DNA of 64,000 nt from Raillietiella orientalis. Its lineage: Eukaryota. A model generated the notes under the pieces. It was not told the origin of the DNA. It saw nothing but the letters and a program-made list of their open reading frames with translations, and made no database searches. Where the stretch lies: positions 2,852,001 to 2,916,000 of the forward strand of contig JAYWIR010000020.1 in assembly GCA_036172245.1 (NCBI GenBank), given 5' to 3'. Below are positions 13,351 through 26,480 of this stretch, piece by piece. The translations under genes were made by a program, and so were the position numbers. The first letter of the stretch is position 1. Every line of letters begins with the position of its first letter.

Positions 13351-13499
13351 ATCAGGCCTTGCCATCATTTTCTACCCTTCTCAATACGAAACAGGAACTC
13401 CAGAGCCGCTGTTGTCCTAACGTGGTCTTCATCGTCAGGAAGCCTGGATGACGTTGCGACCATCTGACCGCCCTTATTCTTCGCTTCACCCTGTCTGCC

Positions 13500-16400
13500 C
13501 TCCTTCTGCATTTGGTCGTTGCAGTGGAACCAACTGCTCTCTCTCGAGCAATTGATCGAGCATCCGTTTGAGGCAGCGCTCCAGCACCCTGACCCGCGAG
13601 GCGTGCGCTCTTGCCGGAAGCTTCCAAGAGATGCTTGCTGAAAACTCGGCATCCGCTCCCCAGTGCCATTGACGTACAACGAATTGCATCTCAATTTTGG
13701 GAACTTCGGTGCCCTGCCAATGGGGAGACTCGTTCTTTCTCCTGAGTCCCTTCTTCCCGGTTTCCTTTGATCCTCTGAGTTCCAGCTTCCTTTTGGGCCG
13801 TCATGGACGAACTTTTGTATCCCGAGCGTTGCACGCTTGAACGAACCGTTCCTTTCGTGATGTCACCGCATCCTTCGACCGATTCAAGTGCTCTTTTGGT
13901 GATGGAAAGATGCTACTGACGACGACTCGTTGGGGCAAGCGATGATGCCTTCCGTCTCCCTGGAACCCCACATCCATCTCGCTGTTTGCAATCTGCTCCG
14001 TGAACGGGTTGATTCACCCTCAGGCCCTCGATGATCCCACTGGGTCTCCAGCGCGATGGTTGGAAATACGTGGATTCAAGATTCGTCCTGCACCACACAT
14101 CGGCGAGTGCGATTGGCACCGTCCCTGGCGTGCGCTGCTCTGCAAAGAGCGCGAGCGGCTCTCTTCGAAGATTCAGCGACCCTGAGCGGATCAACTGGCG
14201 GTCCCTGAAATCTCAAGATTGGGGGCGGCTGAACGTTGAGCGTACCGACCATCCGATGCTATTAATCTCAGGTCGCTGCCTTCGAATTCGGTCGGAATGA
14301 AGTGCAGCGGGAGGAAGCCGTACCTTTTCTTGCACTGGATCGTTCGCGAACTGGAGGTGATTTTCTTCCTGGTATCACTTATCGCAAGTTGCATCTCCAG
14401 ATGTGATCTTGAGCTCATTCTTCCCCACGAGAAAAACACACACACACAAAATTCCAGTTGACTCCTGCCCGTAGTCGAGACAAACAAGCTAGACGCTTGT
14501 TTGTCTCGACTACGCCACTGGACCTATTAACTTGGATCCTGGCGCCCATTCATCCCAAGTTCCCATTCTTCGGTGTTGTGTCTGAACTCTTCTCCACTAT
14601 CGAACGCAGTATTCCTCACAAGAACCCCTGCACTTCTGGATCTCATGAAGCTTCTAATGAAGTTTGAAACAGTCATCTATGGCGAAGTTGTCGGTCTTGT
14701 CTGGTAAACTGGAAAGGCCGAGACACGCCCCTGAAAGATCAGAACACACGTGTTCTTTTGCAGCCACCTTTGATACATCTAAAAACTTCTCGATGAGTTG
14801 TCTCGTGGCTGTTCAAGAATTTCCAGCTCGCTTTCCCGAACGTTCCCCGCCGCTTCGAATGCACAAGGTCGGGGAAAGGACATCCACCTTTTGCTTTGGG
14901 AACAACGAGAAATCCACTATGGTCACTGCTTTCGAGTGGTCTTCCATAATGAAAAGTCTAGACTGAACGGTTTCCTTGGATACCTGTGCTGTGCACCGCT
15001 GCCACCAAGGTCGGGATGCCTGGTTCACCGATCCTAAAAGTCTGTTCCCTTGGTGTCAACACCCGAGGAATTCGCGAAGCCCACTCTTTGCTCCGGACAA
15101 CTGCGCGACCAGATCAGCGCGGGGCTGCACAGAGTGACTTCCGAAGGCGTCTCTAGCCTTCGGGGAATCGGCTCAATTGCCGGATTGAAGAGCAGGGAAC
15201 TGAGTGGGCATCTCTTCTTTACTACCCTGAGAATCCGGGTGTTCCTCATAGCTTGAGATTCTGCCTTCACGAAGATTTGCGCATCACTGCACACATCTCT
15301 TTTTACTATTCCTTCAAGGGATCCTCCCACTTCGCTTTTTCCCAAAGGGTTCCTCCATACATGCAGCACTCCTATGAAGAACTATGCCGAGCACCTCAAC
15401 CGATCCTCCGAAGCACAAGATCGCTTCGGAGGACTTCACGATTCCCGCAACGAAAAGAATTTTTCACGTTCAGCTGGCGGGAAGAGTTCCTTTCGCTGTG
15501 GGGGAAAAATGACCTCTTTGATCAATGATTCACTCTCGGAAGCTTCGAGAGAGGCGAGTTCGCATACAGGCAGTATCATGCGAGTTCCACCTCTTGGCAA
15601 CGGTATCCACGCAGCTGTTCCTCCAACTCTGAACACTAATTCCTGCAGCAGAACTGCCCTTGAGTTTTCTTCCAGTACGCTGGCGTTCTCCCAATCCGAG
15701 GGCTCACTTAGAAAACGGGAGCGAGCATCTCTGCTTCTGGAACCGCATCTTTGGATGATGCTCCATCCGATCCAGAGCGGGGTCTTCTGCTTTGTGTATC
15801 ATAAGGAGCTGCAGCGTCCCTCCCTAAAGATTCATCAGGGAAGAGAGGCCATTCCTCCCGATCCTGATCTTTTTCGTTATTGACAGGTGACTCTGCGATC
15901 TCGTTGCGAGGGCTCTTGAGGGATGCAGTGATGTGAGGAAGGAACACGAATCTTCCGTGAACCAGGATCGAGAAGCGTCTTCATCTGACGGGAACTGCGC
16001 TTCTTAAAGCGCTGAACGTTCGCTTTATCTTCCTCTCTTTTCTTTGGTTCTTTCCGATCCCATGTTTGCATCCTTCCACAATCTGTGACTTGCTAAGATC
16101 GGCTCGGAATGAAAATCCGGGAAAACTTGCAGCTCTTCTCTTTGTGGTACCAGGACGCAGGATCCGCTTCCGATGTCGTGGAGGGAGCAGGAGACGTTTC
16201 TTCCGGCGGGTTCCTCGAGTCCAAAGCAGTTCTCAGGACATCGCAGCAGTTCAGGAAAAAATCATTGTTTTGAACGCGAACTGTTTTGGACCAGGAATTC
16301 ACGACAGTTGCGTTTGCGCACTCAGTCCCTGTAAATTGATACGGAAAGGAAGGGATGAGATGGAATTTGAGGAGGGTGCACGAAGTATAAACTCGATGCT

Positions 16401-16670
16401 CGGAAGGTTTCCATGGTACAGACGGAATTTTTCATTTCCGGATCGGATGCGTGATCTGCCTCTCATCCTGTCTGCAGCCAGAGGACTCCTCATCTCCCCA
16501 TTTTCCTTGAATTCCTCAAAAGGTCTCAGCTTGATTGAGCGGAACGGAAGGTGGCAGAGCGCCTGGTTCCTGAGAGGCGAAACCATTTCCTTGGTTTCCG
16601 GAATTTGCTCAAGAATCCTCACCCTTCCAAGCAGGTCAGCAGGGAAGCAGGGGGGACATCTTCGCTAGAG
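13500..16670 (-). mobile_element. R2-superfamily (REL-endonuclease type) retrotransposon fossil
   Basis: PGP-like RT0 (~16290), VKKRCPLSSLLFNPAIEP (GVKQGCPLSPLLFN motif, ~15170-15225), and degenerate CCHC and REL C-terminus at ~13600-14000. Many frameshifts. Confidence 0.65.
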
Positions 16671-18694
16671 CATTGAATCTGTAAAGCATTGAATCTGTTC
16701 GAAACGGGGGAACAGCAGAGGCACGCATTTCTCCAAACCTTGGATCCTTGAGATCATACATACATCCAAACGCTGCACGGAAATGGAGAGGCCACTCGGA
16801 GAATGGAGATGCAATTATGACGTAAATAGATGTTGCGTGTGCACCATAATTCTAATGCACGTGGGAACAAATCGTAAAAGAAAGGCGGGACAGCTTAAGA
16901 GTTGGCTGATGGATCGGAATGCTCAGTACTGGATGACGGATGAAAAAACTTCAAACTCGTGGAACTCATCGAGCCAACGGAACTGGTGGCCAAAGAGAAA
17001 CAGACAGCTCGGGTGCTCTGAGACCGTTGCAGGAAGGGGGAGAGGGGGAGGGGAAGGCAGAAAAAGAGAAACGAAATGGAAGGGCAGAATCGAACGATTC
17101 GGATTAGTCGTGGAAGTAGAGAACTTGGCCGTCAGGATGCAACAGAAGGAACGCGAAATGGCTGGAAGAGGTTGGTTGGCAAGACTGGAAGAAGCTGGAC
17201 GCACCGTGCACTGAACGAAAACGAATGAGGAATAGGTATTCCAGGGAAGAAGAAGGTGGGATCACATTTGAAATTAAAGATGGATGCTTCCATTGTCAGA
17301 AACTACTTTGTAGAAACTAGAATATGATAACCGTTTCCTCTTGTCTTGTTCTTCCTGCCGATTTTCTGGTCAAAGTTATCCGCCTTGACCCCTTTCCATC
17401 CCTCCACTCAGTAAAAATGGAATGCGTGATAGCAAAAGTGCAGACCCTTGAAGACCCTTCCTCGTCTCATCAGCACTGCGAGAGGAAGGTGCAGCGGTAG
17501 CTAAGGCGCATGCAACCCGCCGGCAGTGACCACGGAACTCGGGTTTCGAGACTCTCAGAACGTTGAAGGAGGAATTCTGAACTGAAAAAAGCGAACTGAT
17601 TGGTGGATCCGGTCTTAAAGCTACCGGTAGGGATGTGCAATCATCACCATGTTGTCTGGCGGCCTCTTGAGCGGTTTGGTCCTGATTTTATTCGACACGA
17701 GTAGGTTTGGTGTTTGGTGGGTTGTTTTACCGGGTGAAGGTTTAGATTCTGCAGCATAAGACGTCAACGCTGCCTTCACCTGCTACTTGCTCGGGGGAAC
17801 TTTAGAATAGGCTGTTTGCTTTCGTTTTCGTTTTTAAAAGGGCATCTGCGTGGCGAAAAAGGACGTCCCAGTCCTCATCAAGAAACCAGTGGTGGAACTG
17901 AAAAGTTCCTTCTGCAAAAAAAAAAGATTAGATGGAAAAAGTAGTAACAAAAACAATAAGAAAAAAAAACAGAGACAGTCAAACTTAATATGAGAGTCCA
18001 AGATAAGCAACGAAACCCCATATGTTTTCTGACCAGTGGTAAATCATTATGCTGTGATCCTCACGACGCAGTTTCCTTATTCTTGAAACGGCCGGGGTAT
18101 GTCCTCATGAAGAAAAATTCAGTGAATCGGCACCCGCTGGTTTCGCCTCTGCTTCTTCTTTTCTCTCTTGATGACTTTGAAAGACGAACTGGATGGACGT
18201 AAAGAGCGGACTGCTTTGTTTGTTTCTTTGACAAGTTTCCGGTCCAAGATGAAGACATCCTTGGTGTAACGTTCGCGTTCAGTGGTCCTTTCACAGCTTA
18301 ACGTTGTAAGCGGCCGAAAAACTCTACGCGTCACTAGAACCAATGCCCAGAGATTCGGGCGCATCCTTAGCAGCCAAAGATAACCCTTTGAGGCAATTTT
18401 TTTTGCTTTTTTTTTGGCTGATAATAATTTTAGACGATAGTCGCGTGGATTTTTGATGCTGATCGGTCGTTGTGTGGAAAACACGCACATAAACGAAGCC
18501 TCCCAGAATCCTTCTTTGTGTCTCACAAGTCGCAGAAAGTAACCTTTGTACCCCAATTAGAGTCAGGACTCGTAATTGACAATCGTAAGTGAATTCTAAA
18601 GCGTCCTGGACAGCAATCGAGTGCAGCGCACGTGACGAAGCACTTAAGGTGAATTCCGGCCTGCTTTCCAAGTCATGCAACTGTCTAAACTGCG

Positions 18695-18745
18695 ATAAGC
18701 AACGATTAAATAGGGCTGCTGATGTCCTATTTAATCGTTGCTTAT
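18695..18745. repeat. Perfect 20-bp inverted repeat with 11-nt spacer
   Basis: ATAAGCAACGATTAAATAGG-gctgctgatgt-CCTATTTAATCGTTGCTTAT. Confidence 0.95.
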
Positions 18746-18849
18746 TGAAGTTATAATATCGCCCGATTCGGCATCAGCGCTCATTTAAGCTCTCCCAATT
18801 TTTTTTCGAGCATCTGCAGTCGCTCCAGAAGAAATCATTCCGCATCTGT

Positions 18850-19650
18850 TTCCTCCCCGGAAAGTGGACCAGATTGAAAAACGGAAGCCTCCAAGTGAAA
18901 AGGACTGCGAGGCCTTCACTTGGCGCTTTTTCTGCACCTTCGCGCTGAAGACGGCTTTCTCAGGAGGCGACGTCGATTAGCGAATTCACGGGAAAAGTGA
19001 TCTCCACTTCTTCGAAAGCCACTATTAATCACAGATTGCAATTCGAATCCGTAGGTGTTCTTAATTTTGCGCTCGAAGTAATGCGGAAATGCAGTCCTTT
19101 CCAGCCTTCTAGAAGAGGCAGGAATGGTGGCAGTCGAAGAGACCCAGTTGCACACTTTCCAAGCATCACTTTCGGTTCTGCGCCCGCCATGGAAGCTTCC
19201 AGGAGTGCCAGCAGCATTGGCTTTCTGAAGGGGATTTGTCGGGGACGAAGTTTTTCCCGGTAATGACGATGGGCGACAAGGAGCCTTTGAAGTTTTCCGC
19301 CGGGAACAACATTGCTGAGCTCATTAGAAAGCTCCCCGAAGACACGAGGACGCAACTGTCAAAGCTTTCGCGTTGGTGCGGAACGTCTCTTGAGTGCGTG
19401 TCGCCCGCCGTGCTCTTCAGCGTCGCTTGCGCGCGTGTGTCGTCGCTCTCAGTGAGCTCAGATGAGCACGTGAACAGGAAAGTGCTCCGGTTTCACGTTT
19501 CGCAAAGTGGTGTTTGCACAAAGGGCACTCAAGAAAGGGTCCATTTGCCGACCGTCGAACGTTTCCCAGCTGGAAGACCCTCTCCTTTCGTCCAGAGATT
19601 ACGTTCCAAAATACTCTTGCAGATGTTCGAGAAAGCGCGGGGCATGCGCG
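18850..19650 (-). mobile_element. R2-superfamily thumb/CCHC fragment
   Basis: VGKW, HHFAKRETGAL (FHA..DGGLG-like) and ARRCRK occur in the expected order. Confidence 0.4.
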
Positions 19651-20442
19651 TTTTTCACCTTCCCCCCCCCCCCCCCCATTACGCAGGAAAATGCGTCGAT
19701 CCTCGCATAACGCGGCAAAGCAGCCTCCCGCGCGGGCGCGCAGAAAAAAGAAAAAGAAAAAAAGCCCGTGGATAACACATTTCCAGCTTGCGGAACGTGC
19801 GGTTCCAGTTCAGCTGATTTTAAAAAAGAACAGGATTCGAGCGGGTTGAATTTCATTTCATTCAAATTTTCGCGAATCAGGGAGGGAGAGAGCGAGAAGA
19901 TACATTTTTCGACAAGGAGGACGGCAGAGAGGATACCATAGAACCTGACTGAATCTAAATGCTTTTTTTTTTTTTTTTGGCTTTACGTTAAATAGTAATA
20001 AATAGACAGTTCAATTCTTTTCTTCTGGTTTCAAAGTGGAATAGTAATAAATATTCTATGGCTATAATTTTTCAAGATGCGTTTTGCTATAGGGCTCGTA
20101 TAACGCGGGTTCGCGTACTGGGGACCCCACGTTTTAAGAGGGCTTACTGCACTCCTCTAACGTCTTCCGCCTCCTTGTTCGCTCTGCTTCCGTCGACTGA
20201 ACGAAAGGCAGAAGGAGCAACCATAGTCTCCACTTTCCCTGTTGCTATGACACTGGTATACTGCACCGTACTGTACTTGTGGCGATCATAAGGACTCAAA
20301 ACGGGAAGTGAATAATCGGCTCAAAAATAAATGAAACTTTCAGAACTTTTCTAGAAGGAAGGGACTTACATTTGATGAACTCTTTTCTTATTCTATTTTT
20401 TTCTCTATCATATTTTTACTTCTCAGTTTGACACAGTTTATT

Positions 20443-20830
20443 TATAGCCCTTCTCATAATAGGCCAAAAGAGGTAAGATGAGGATTTATAGTAGTGCAGG
20501 TAAAGATGCCAGCAGCGTGTAGTTATGACTGAAGCAAAAAGCAATGGAAGCTTTGGATGAAGGAGAAAGCATAATTTAAAGCCTGGACAAACTGTAATTC
20601 TCGATAATGTTGCTTTCCATAAATCAAACAAAGTCAATGATCTTGCTGAGAAAGTAGGTGCTGAAATTCTTTATCTTCCTCCTTATTCACCAGATTTTAA
20701 TGAAATTGAGCACCAGTGGTTTCCTATAAAAAATAGAGTTAGCAAAAATATCCCTATTTTTAGCTCTTTTCGTCAATCTGTAGATTCTGCGTTCCTTTGA
20801 TTATTCCTGACTATTATGAGAAGGGCTATA
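20443..20830 (+). mobile_element. Internally deleted bacterial IS630-family insertion sequence (endosymbiont/Wolbachia-like), 388 bp
   Basis: Perfect 20-bp inverted termini TATAGCCCTTCTCATAATAG / CTATTATGAGAAGGGCTATA including the TA target. The N-terminus MPAACSYD..QKAMEALDEGES (ATG 20506, frameshifted) is fused to an intact C-terminal frame 20573-20800: NLKPGQTVILDNVAFHKS...LYLPPYSPDFNEIEHQW...VDSAFL*, with D-x34-E spacing. Confidence 0.92.
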
Positions 20831-21949
20831 ATTTGAAACCAAAAAACCAGCCATAAGAGCTCTTGCTTATTTTTGCAATTTCAGCAAAAACTTTGTTTTT
20901 GGATATTCTTTTCGCATGACAAACCGCGAGAGGAGTTGAATCAACATAAGAAATACCTGTTTCTTTTGCTTGCTCACATAACCATTGCAGCAACATTGCT
21001 AAATACCATAGAACCCGAGGACCTCACTCTAAGAATAAGGTATTGTAGAAGATACTTCAAAGTTAAGGCCCTTGAAGCCGGATGAGCACTGAATCCAGTA
21101 AGGAGGATTGGAGAAAATTTAGAAATGATCAGAACAGATCAGGGATGTGATAGGTCGAGCATCTAAATTAAGACACATTTATTAGCATGGCATAGGCGTT
21201 GAGGTTATTGTCATGGATCATTTCATCATCCGCCGGATCAATACAGCCCTTTTACCGAATGTTTGTGTCTTTCTGCCTACTCGGTCCGCCAACAGGTCAC
21301 TCGAAACTCAGCTTCTTCGACGAGACTTCAGGAAGATCGCTCTGTATTGTTCCTTTGGAGCCTCATGAGCTCGCTGCATCGATCAGCACTTTGTAATGAT
21401 TCTTGCATTTGAAAACTGCTTTACTGTGGATCTCACGGGATGCTGGTACCTTCTCCCGGTCGTTGTAATTGTGCACGCACTTCATCCTGTGCCAGTAAGG
21501 TCAGCTCCTTCGTTTCCCAAGTGTTCTTCCTGAGCTCCGGACTCTGTTTCTCATCCCTCCCCAATTCCTGCTGATGCTAATCGAACCTTTCGCACCTTAA
21601 CTTGGAACTTTAACGCAACATTTCGTCGCGAAGAATGCTTTTCAAAGTACGGGGGCTGGAAACAAGTCATCAACTGTGACAAGCAAAGGTCAGTCAGTGT
21701 TACAGTCGGACAGTCTCCAGTTCATTCCTCTGACCAATGAAAGCTTCTTCGTTTTCTTCACATTCCAAGGTATACCGAAAACCGAGATTCACGATGCCAG
21801 TGGGAAAATGGCTGTTGACTGGCTGGAAACCTAGAGGTGGAGATGGATGGAAACAGAGGAAGATGGAGATGAAGATTGGATGGAAGAAAGCAGAACCCGA
21901 ACTGAATATCCCGAAAAGATAATGCAATCAATGGACAACTTCACGCAAA

Positions 21950-23500
21950 GCAACAAACAGTGCCACAGCGATAAGATGGGGCCTACGGAAAAACTCAAAT
22001 GGTAACGTGCTAAACAACGGTAAGGGAGTCTGAAGAAACCATCCGGAGCAAAGGGCACGTTCTGATCCAAAGAATCAGGGATCCACAGTGCTCACGTGAA
22101 AACAAGAAAAGAAGAAAATGGAGCAAAATCAGTGTTCTCAAGCAAAGAAGTATAAGCTTTCACTTCATTGGCGCTTCGACGAGCAGTTCAGCAGACAGGA
22201 AATGCAAGACTCAAGCTGAACGAGGAAAGCGATGGACTTGGAAACCAAAAGGAAGATGCCTCGAGATGAAGAAACGATTTTTCTCTCGAAAATCGGGAGG
22301 GTGCACCTCTCTTTCGCCGCAACGGAGTCACTCTGTTCGGAGATCGGAGACTGAGCTCAGTCAATTCATCACTGTCTAGTATGAGGAGGAGTTCGAAGCA
22401 GAAACAAAGACAAATGGTGCTCATCGGAACCATTCTAACTCGCCTTCGGAATCCTCTAAAAATGTATCAGGATTTTTATTCACCTCTTTTTGAATTGGTA
22501 GGTGAGGTTGTGTCGACAGTAGTGGTGGAATGTGGATTGAAACACACCTATCCGAATGTTTAGATGAGTGTGTGTGTGTGTTTTTTCCCAAGTGTAAGGA
22601 GTGTTCCTGAAGCGTTGGGAATGGGTCCATTGAAAGATGACCGCCCGTTCGAACGGGATGGGAATTTCACGCGCGTACTTCTCAAAATCCTCTCAGTCGG
22701 AACTCGGTCTTCACATATTTGCCACCGCAGGAGAGGGGACAGCTGAAAAGCTTTGTTCGCGGAGGTCTTGCTGCCACCTACTGGAAGTTTCTCCCCCTCC
22801 CCCAAAATGGATTTCCTGGAGAATATTCGAGAGCACGACCCAAAGGCGAAACGGGGAAGGATATTACAGTCTGGCACTCGAGAAAGCTGTCAACCGACGA
22901 GAGTATTTCAGGGAATCGAAAGGAAAATTGAAATGACGAAGAGTAGCAGATAAACAAAGGAAAAAGGATTCTGAGGGAAGAAGGAAAAGCGCGAAGGGAA
23001 CAACAGTTATTCCCCAAAGCAAAAAACCCTTCATTCACAGCGTGGAGGAGATCCGACGGACAAGCTGTAAAGGTTAATTATCTTGGAGGCCTGGGAACAT
23101 GCGGTCATCCGTTTGGGGGAAGCGCACTTGCATTCGGTTGCATCAATACAAGTGGAAGAACGCAGCTGTTGCCTAGATTTACCTTCGCACAGGAACAGAA
23201 CGGGTTCCCCGTGAAGAGGAAGATGGACCTCCGGGAGGAATGGTGAACAAACCCGAATGTTCGTCGCCTCGTGTTGGACATGACGGCAACCGAGCAGAGA
23301 ACCTAATCGGAAGGGCGGTGGGGAGTCGACTCACGAGCGGAAGCGCCAGGAAACGCGCAAGGAAGGGGATTGGCGCAGCGGGAACTGGGGAGGAAATACG
23401 TCCAGCCCATTGCAGTCAGGGAAACACTTGGATTGCAGCGCCGACTAGGCATGCGCGGCAAGCGACGGAACGACCGCCACTGTATCTTGAATCCTAAATT
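21950..23500 (+). mobile_element. Decayed LINE reverse transcriptase (clade unresolved)
   Basis: Ordered remnants: FR (~22312), DF..LFELV (DF.KAFD.V-like), RRGDS (QGD-like), KDITVW (DDI-like) and VNYLGG (~23074-23090). Confidence 0.5.
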
Positions 23501-25579
23501 GGTGCGAATCCCATTCTGAGACGGGAGCTAAGGAACCCATTCTGCGCGTCCCCATCTCACAAGATCTCTCGCATTCCTAGCGCTCGCCGGACGCTGTCCA
23601 GCGATCGTTAAGGCCTTCCCTGGCGGAATCGTGAATTCGTGACCAGCCTCGAGTTTCGCAAATTTCAATCTGTCAATAATATTCAGGTCGTGATGCTCAT
23701 ACTGCGGAGACCGATGCCTTCGCTTTTCTTTTGCACCTGAATTGTCTTTGGCTCCATTTGTGAATTCCTGTTCTCCCTCGCTCTCTTCTCCACGTCCCCC
23801 GTTGGAATACCATCTTACAAGATCATGATGGGAAGAGGATGCGAGGTTGGTGCGCAGATTCTTCAAGAACTGTGGGAATGAGGAGCGGGCGGGGGATGCA
23901 AATCAGGACTCTTCCTCAGTGAGAAGTTCGGAAGTTGCTTCGTCGAGAGAACAAGGAGCACCGTTATACAACTGAAGCTTCTTCCTATGAAAACACTCCG
24001 TGCAAGAAGCAGGAATTTGATCCGAAGAGCGGAACGGAAAGTGTTCCCGTGGTCCAAGTCGCACAGTGTGTACGAAACAAGCAGGAGGCAAGTTCCGAGT
24101 GTCAGAACGAGATGGAACAAGGCCCTCTATTCTGGAAGTCCGGCAACGACAGGCGCGCACCTCGGCTTGACACCCGGTTGCGCCAGGGTGTTTACGCACA
24201 TAAAAGAAACTTGCAAGTCAGTGGCAGGACGCTTGGTCCCTCCCCGTCACAAATGTAACCATGGGAACCTGCCGAGAACCAGTGCGAAGGGCCGGCCAGG
24301 TTCGCCTCGGCAGCGGGGGATTGGGAGCGGGGAGGAGGGGGGGACGAATGAAACAAAAGAGTACGTACGCAAAAAATTGGGAGGGTTCGGGAAGGAATCA
24401 CCAGTTGCTGGAGGGTGTCCTCTGCATCCTGGATAGGATGACTGCAAGTTCCTGACTCTATCCTCAAAAACAGGACCGCGAAATGGATGGGTCCCTGGCA
24501 CCGTGGCCTCCTCTGGCATTGCCCCATGCAGCCACGATCCCGCATAGGCAGCTAAGTGATGCTAGGGATGCGGCCGGTGTGGGGGCTTTCGCGCAGGAAG
24601 AGGCGCTTCAGGATGTCTTTGGGGTTGCTCTCGCAGATTCCACAGGGACGCGGCAAAGCGCTCCCATAGGGACCGGAGGGCAACACAGTCCACGAGTAGT
24701 GGGGGAGGGCATCTCTTTCTCCGCACCTGCTGCAGTTCGGACTCGCACTCCCCCGGGTCCAGTGGTGTCGGCAGGTGTGGCACAGCAGTCCGCTGTGCGA
24801 TGGTCCCAGTGCAATGGCCTCATTGCAGGCGCATCTTGGAAGAGAAGCGCAGCAGCCATCCAGTCCAGGGAAACCCGGCAGTCCTCGAAAAACCTTCAGG
24901 GACCTTTCCACGTGCTAAAAAAGAGAGCACACGGGGCACCGTTGGAGCAAGAAATTCTCGTCCTTGGAACCGTACCCGTGAGAGCAGACCTTCCCAGGAG
25001 ACAGTGGCCAATGATCCGCGCCCGCGGGTTAAGAGCATCGCGCAGCAAAGCCCAGCTTCTAGGACCATGTCCTTTCAGAACAACGAGGTCTGCTTTTGCG
25101 ACGGCTTCGAGATTCGGCTCACAGCAGACGGTGGTTTGGAGCCTGTGAGGCACTGCCTTACCGTTTGCCTCCCTCTTGCCTCATGATCGGAAGGAACGCT
25201 CGTCGTCGCACCTGCTGGATGGGCCGGCGGCGGTCAGGGAGGCTGATTTCTGGAATGCTGATTCTCAGCGGCCTTCAGTAGACGGGAGCGCGCTCCCGGA
25301 AAGACTACGGAAAGAGGGGGGAGAAGGGGGGTTTGAAGAGGGTATTGCTCGCGTCCTATCGTAACCTCCCCCAATGGGGAGACCCCCAGCGACGGATTGA
25401 TAACTTGGCGACGAGGGCGCTGCCCATCCTGGAGCAGGTGCTCCCAACCTCCGGAGAAACGTCCTCATTGGGTGCGGTGGAATGCGTCGAGAAGATAAAG
25501 GACGAATTTCTCGAGGCTCCACCCTACTCTCCCCAAGCTGTGGTGCTCAAGATCTGACCAGGGACCAACAGATTGGAGG

Positions 25580-26260
25580 CCGCGTGGTTGCGATCCCCCC
25601 ACGCGTGGTGGCATCGAGCGTCGCGGGTTCAAATCCCGCCAGGGAAGGATCGACGCCGAGAAATGGGGGCTGCGTCGTGAGTTGCGAGTCCCCTCCCCTC
25701 CCCTCCCTCCTCCCCAGCAGGATGACGCTAGTCGGCCTTGTAAGCTTCGGGCACGGCTCCGATGGAAGCCGAGTGCCCTCGTTGACTGGCCGCGATTGAA
25801 AGTTCACCCTCCGGGATCCTTCCAGGAATCAAGGATTTGATTCCTGTTGTGCAAATTAAGCCGTCCTCATTCACCCCTCGGGGTGAGGGGCCCTCCACCG
25901 AGTGCCAGACGGAGCTGGTGGGATTCTCTCCTGTGTCCAGAAGCGCTCTGCTCCCTTCGAGGAGCGGTCTCCATAGACATTGGGAAGCGTCCCTTCGGCG
26001 CTCCCTTTAGAGGAGGAAAACCAGGAGCGGATCCCTTGCGGGTGCCCTCTGGAAAAGAAATTCCAAGAGTGGATCCTTCTCCGGGCTCCCTTCGGAGGAG
26101 AAGCGTGGAGTGGTCCCACCTCCGGGGGTTCCATCCGGAGAGAATAAGAAAGAGGATCCCTTCGGGGTTACATTCGGGGATAACCAGGACGATGGTCCCC
26201 TTCGAGGCTCCCTACCAAGCGCAACGGGAACTGACACTTTCCTATGGAGGCTTCCCGGAT
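25580..26260 (+). mobile_element. Hairpin-rich tRNA-headed SINE-like element nested in LINE copy 2
   Basis: B-box GGTTCAAATCC at 25626-25636; the body is colinear with 57853-58548 (e.g. CCAGGAATCAAGGA / CCAGGAATAAAGGA; GGAAGCGTCCCTTCGG; CAGGAGCGG.TCCCTTGCGGGT.CCCTC.GGA.AAGAAATTCC). Confidence 0.7.
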
Positions 26261-26480
26261 TCGTAAGTTGGCTCCTCCGCGGTTGACCCCTAACTTGAGG
26301 AGTGACACGCACCCTCAGGCGGCGAGCAGCAGTGTTAAAGTTCTTTAACATTGCTGCTCGTGAGGACTTGTCAAACCACCAGAAAGAATTCCATCATGGT
26401 GAACATCATTTCCATCAACAAGGCATCAACGCCAGCAAGTCTTCGGAGATGCCATGGTCCGCAACCCACTCAAGATACAA

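Noticed and set aside
16668..16698. Short tandem duplication AGCATTGAATCTGT as a target-site duplication
   Set aside because: The copies are adjacent, with nothing inserted between them; simple slippage suffices.
17487..17560. tRNA-like A/B-box pair (GGTGCAGCGGTAG ... GGGTTTCGAGAC)
   Set aside because: Too degenerate and single-copy in the window to call a tRNA or SINE.
25600..25645. Functional tRNA gene
   Set aside because: Only a B-box/T-arm is recognisable; no cloverleaf can be built. Treated as a SINE-like head.
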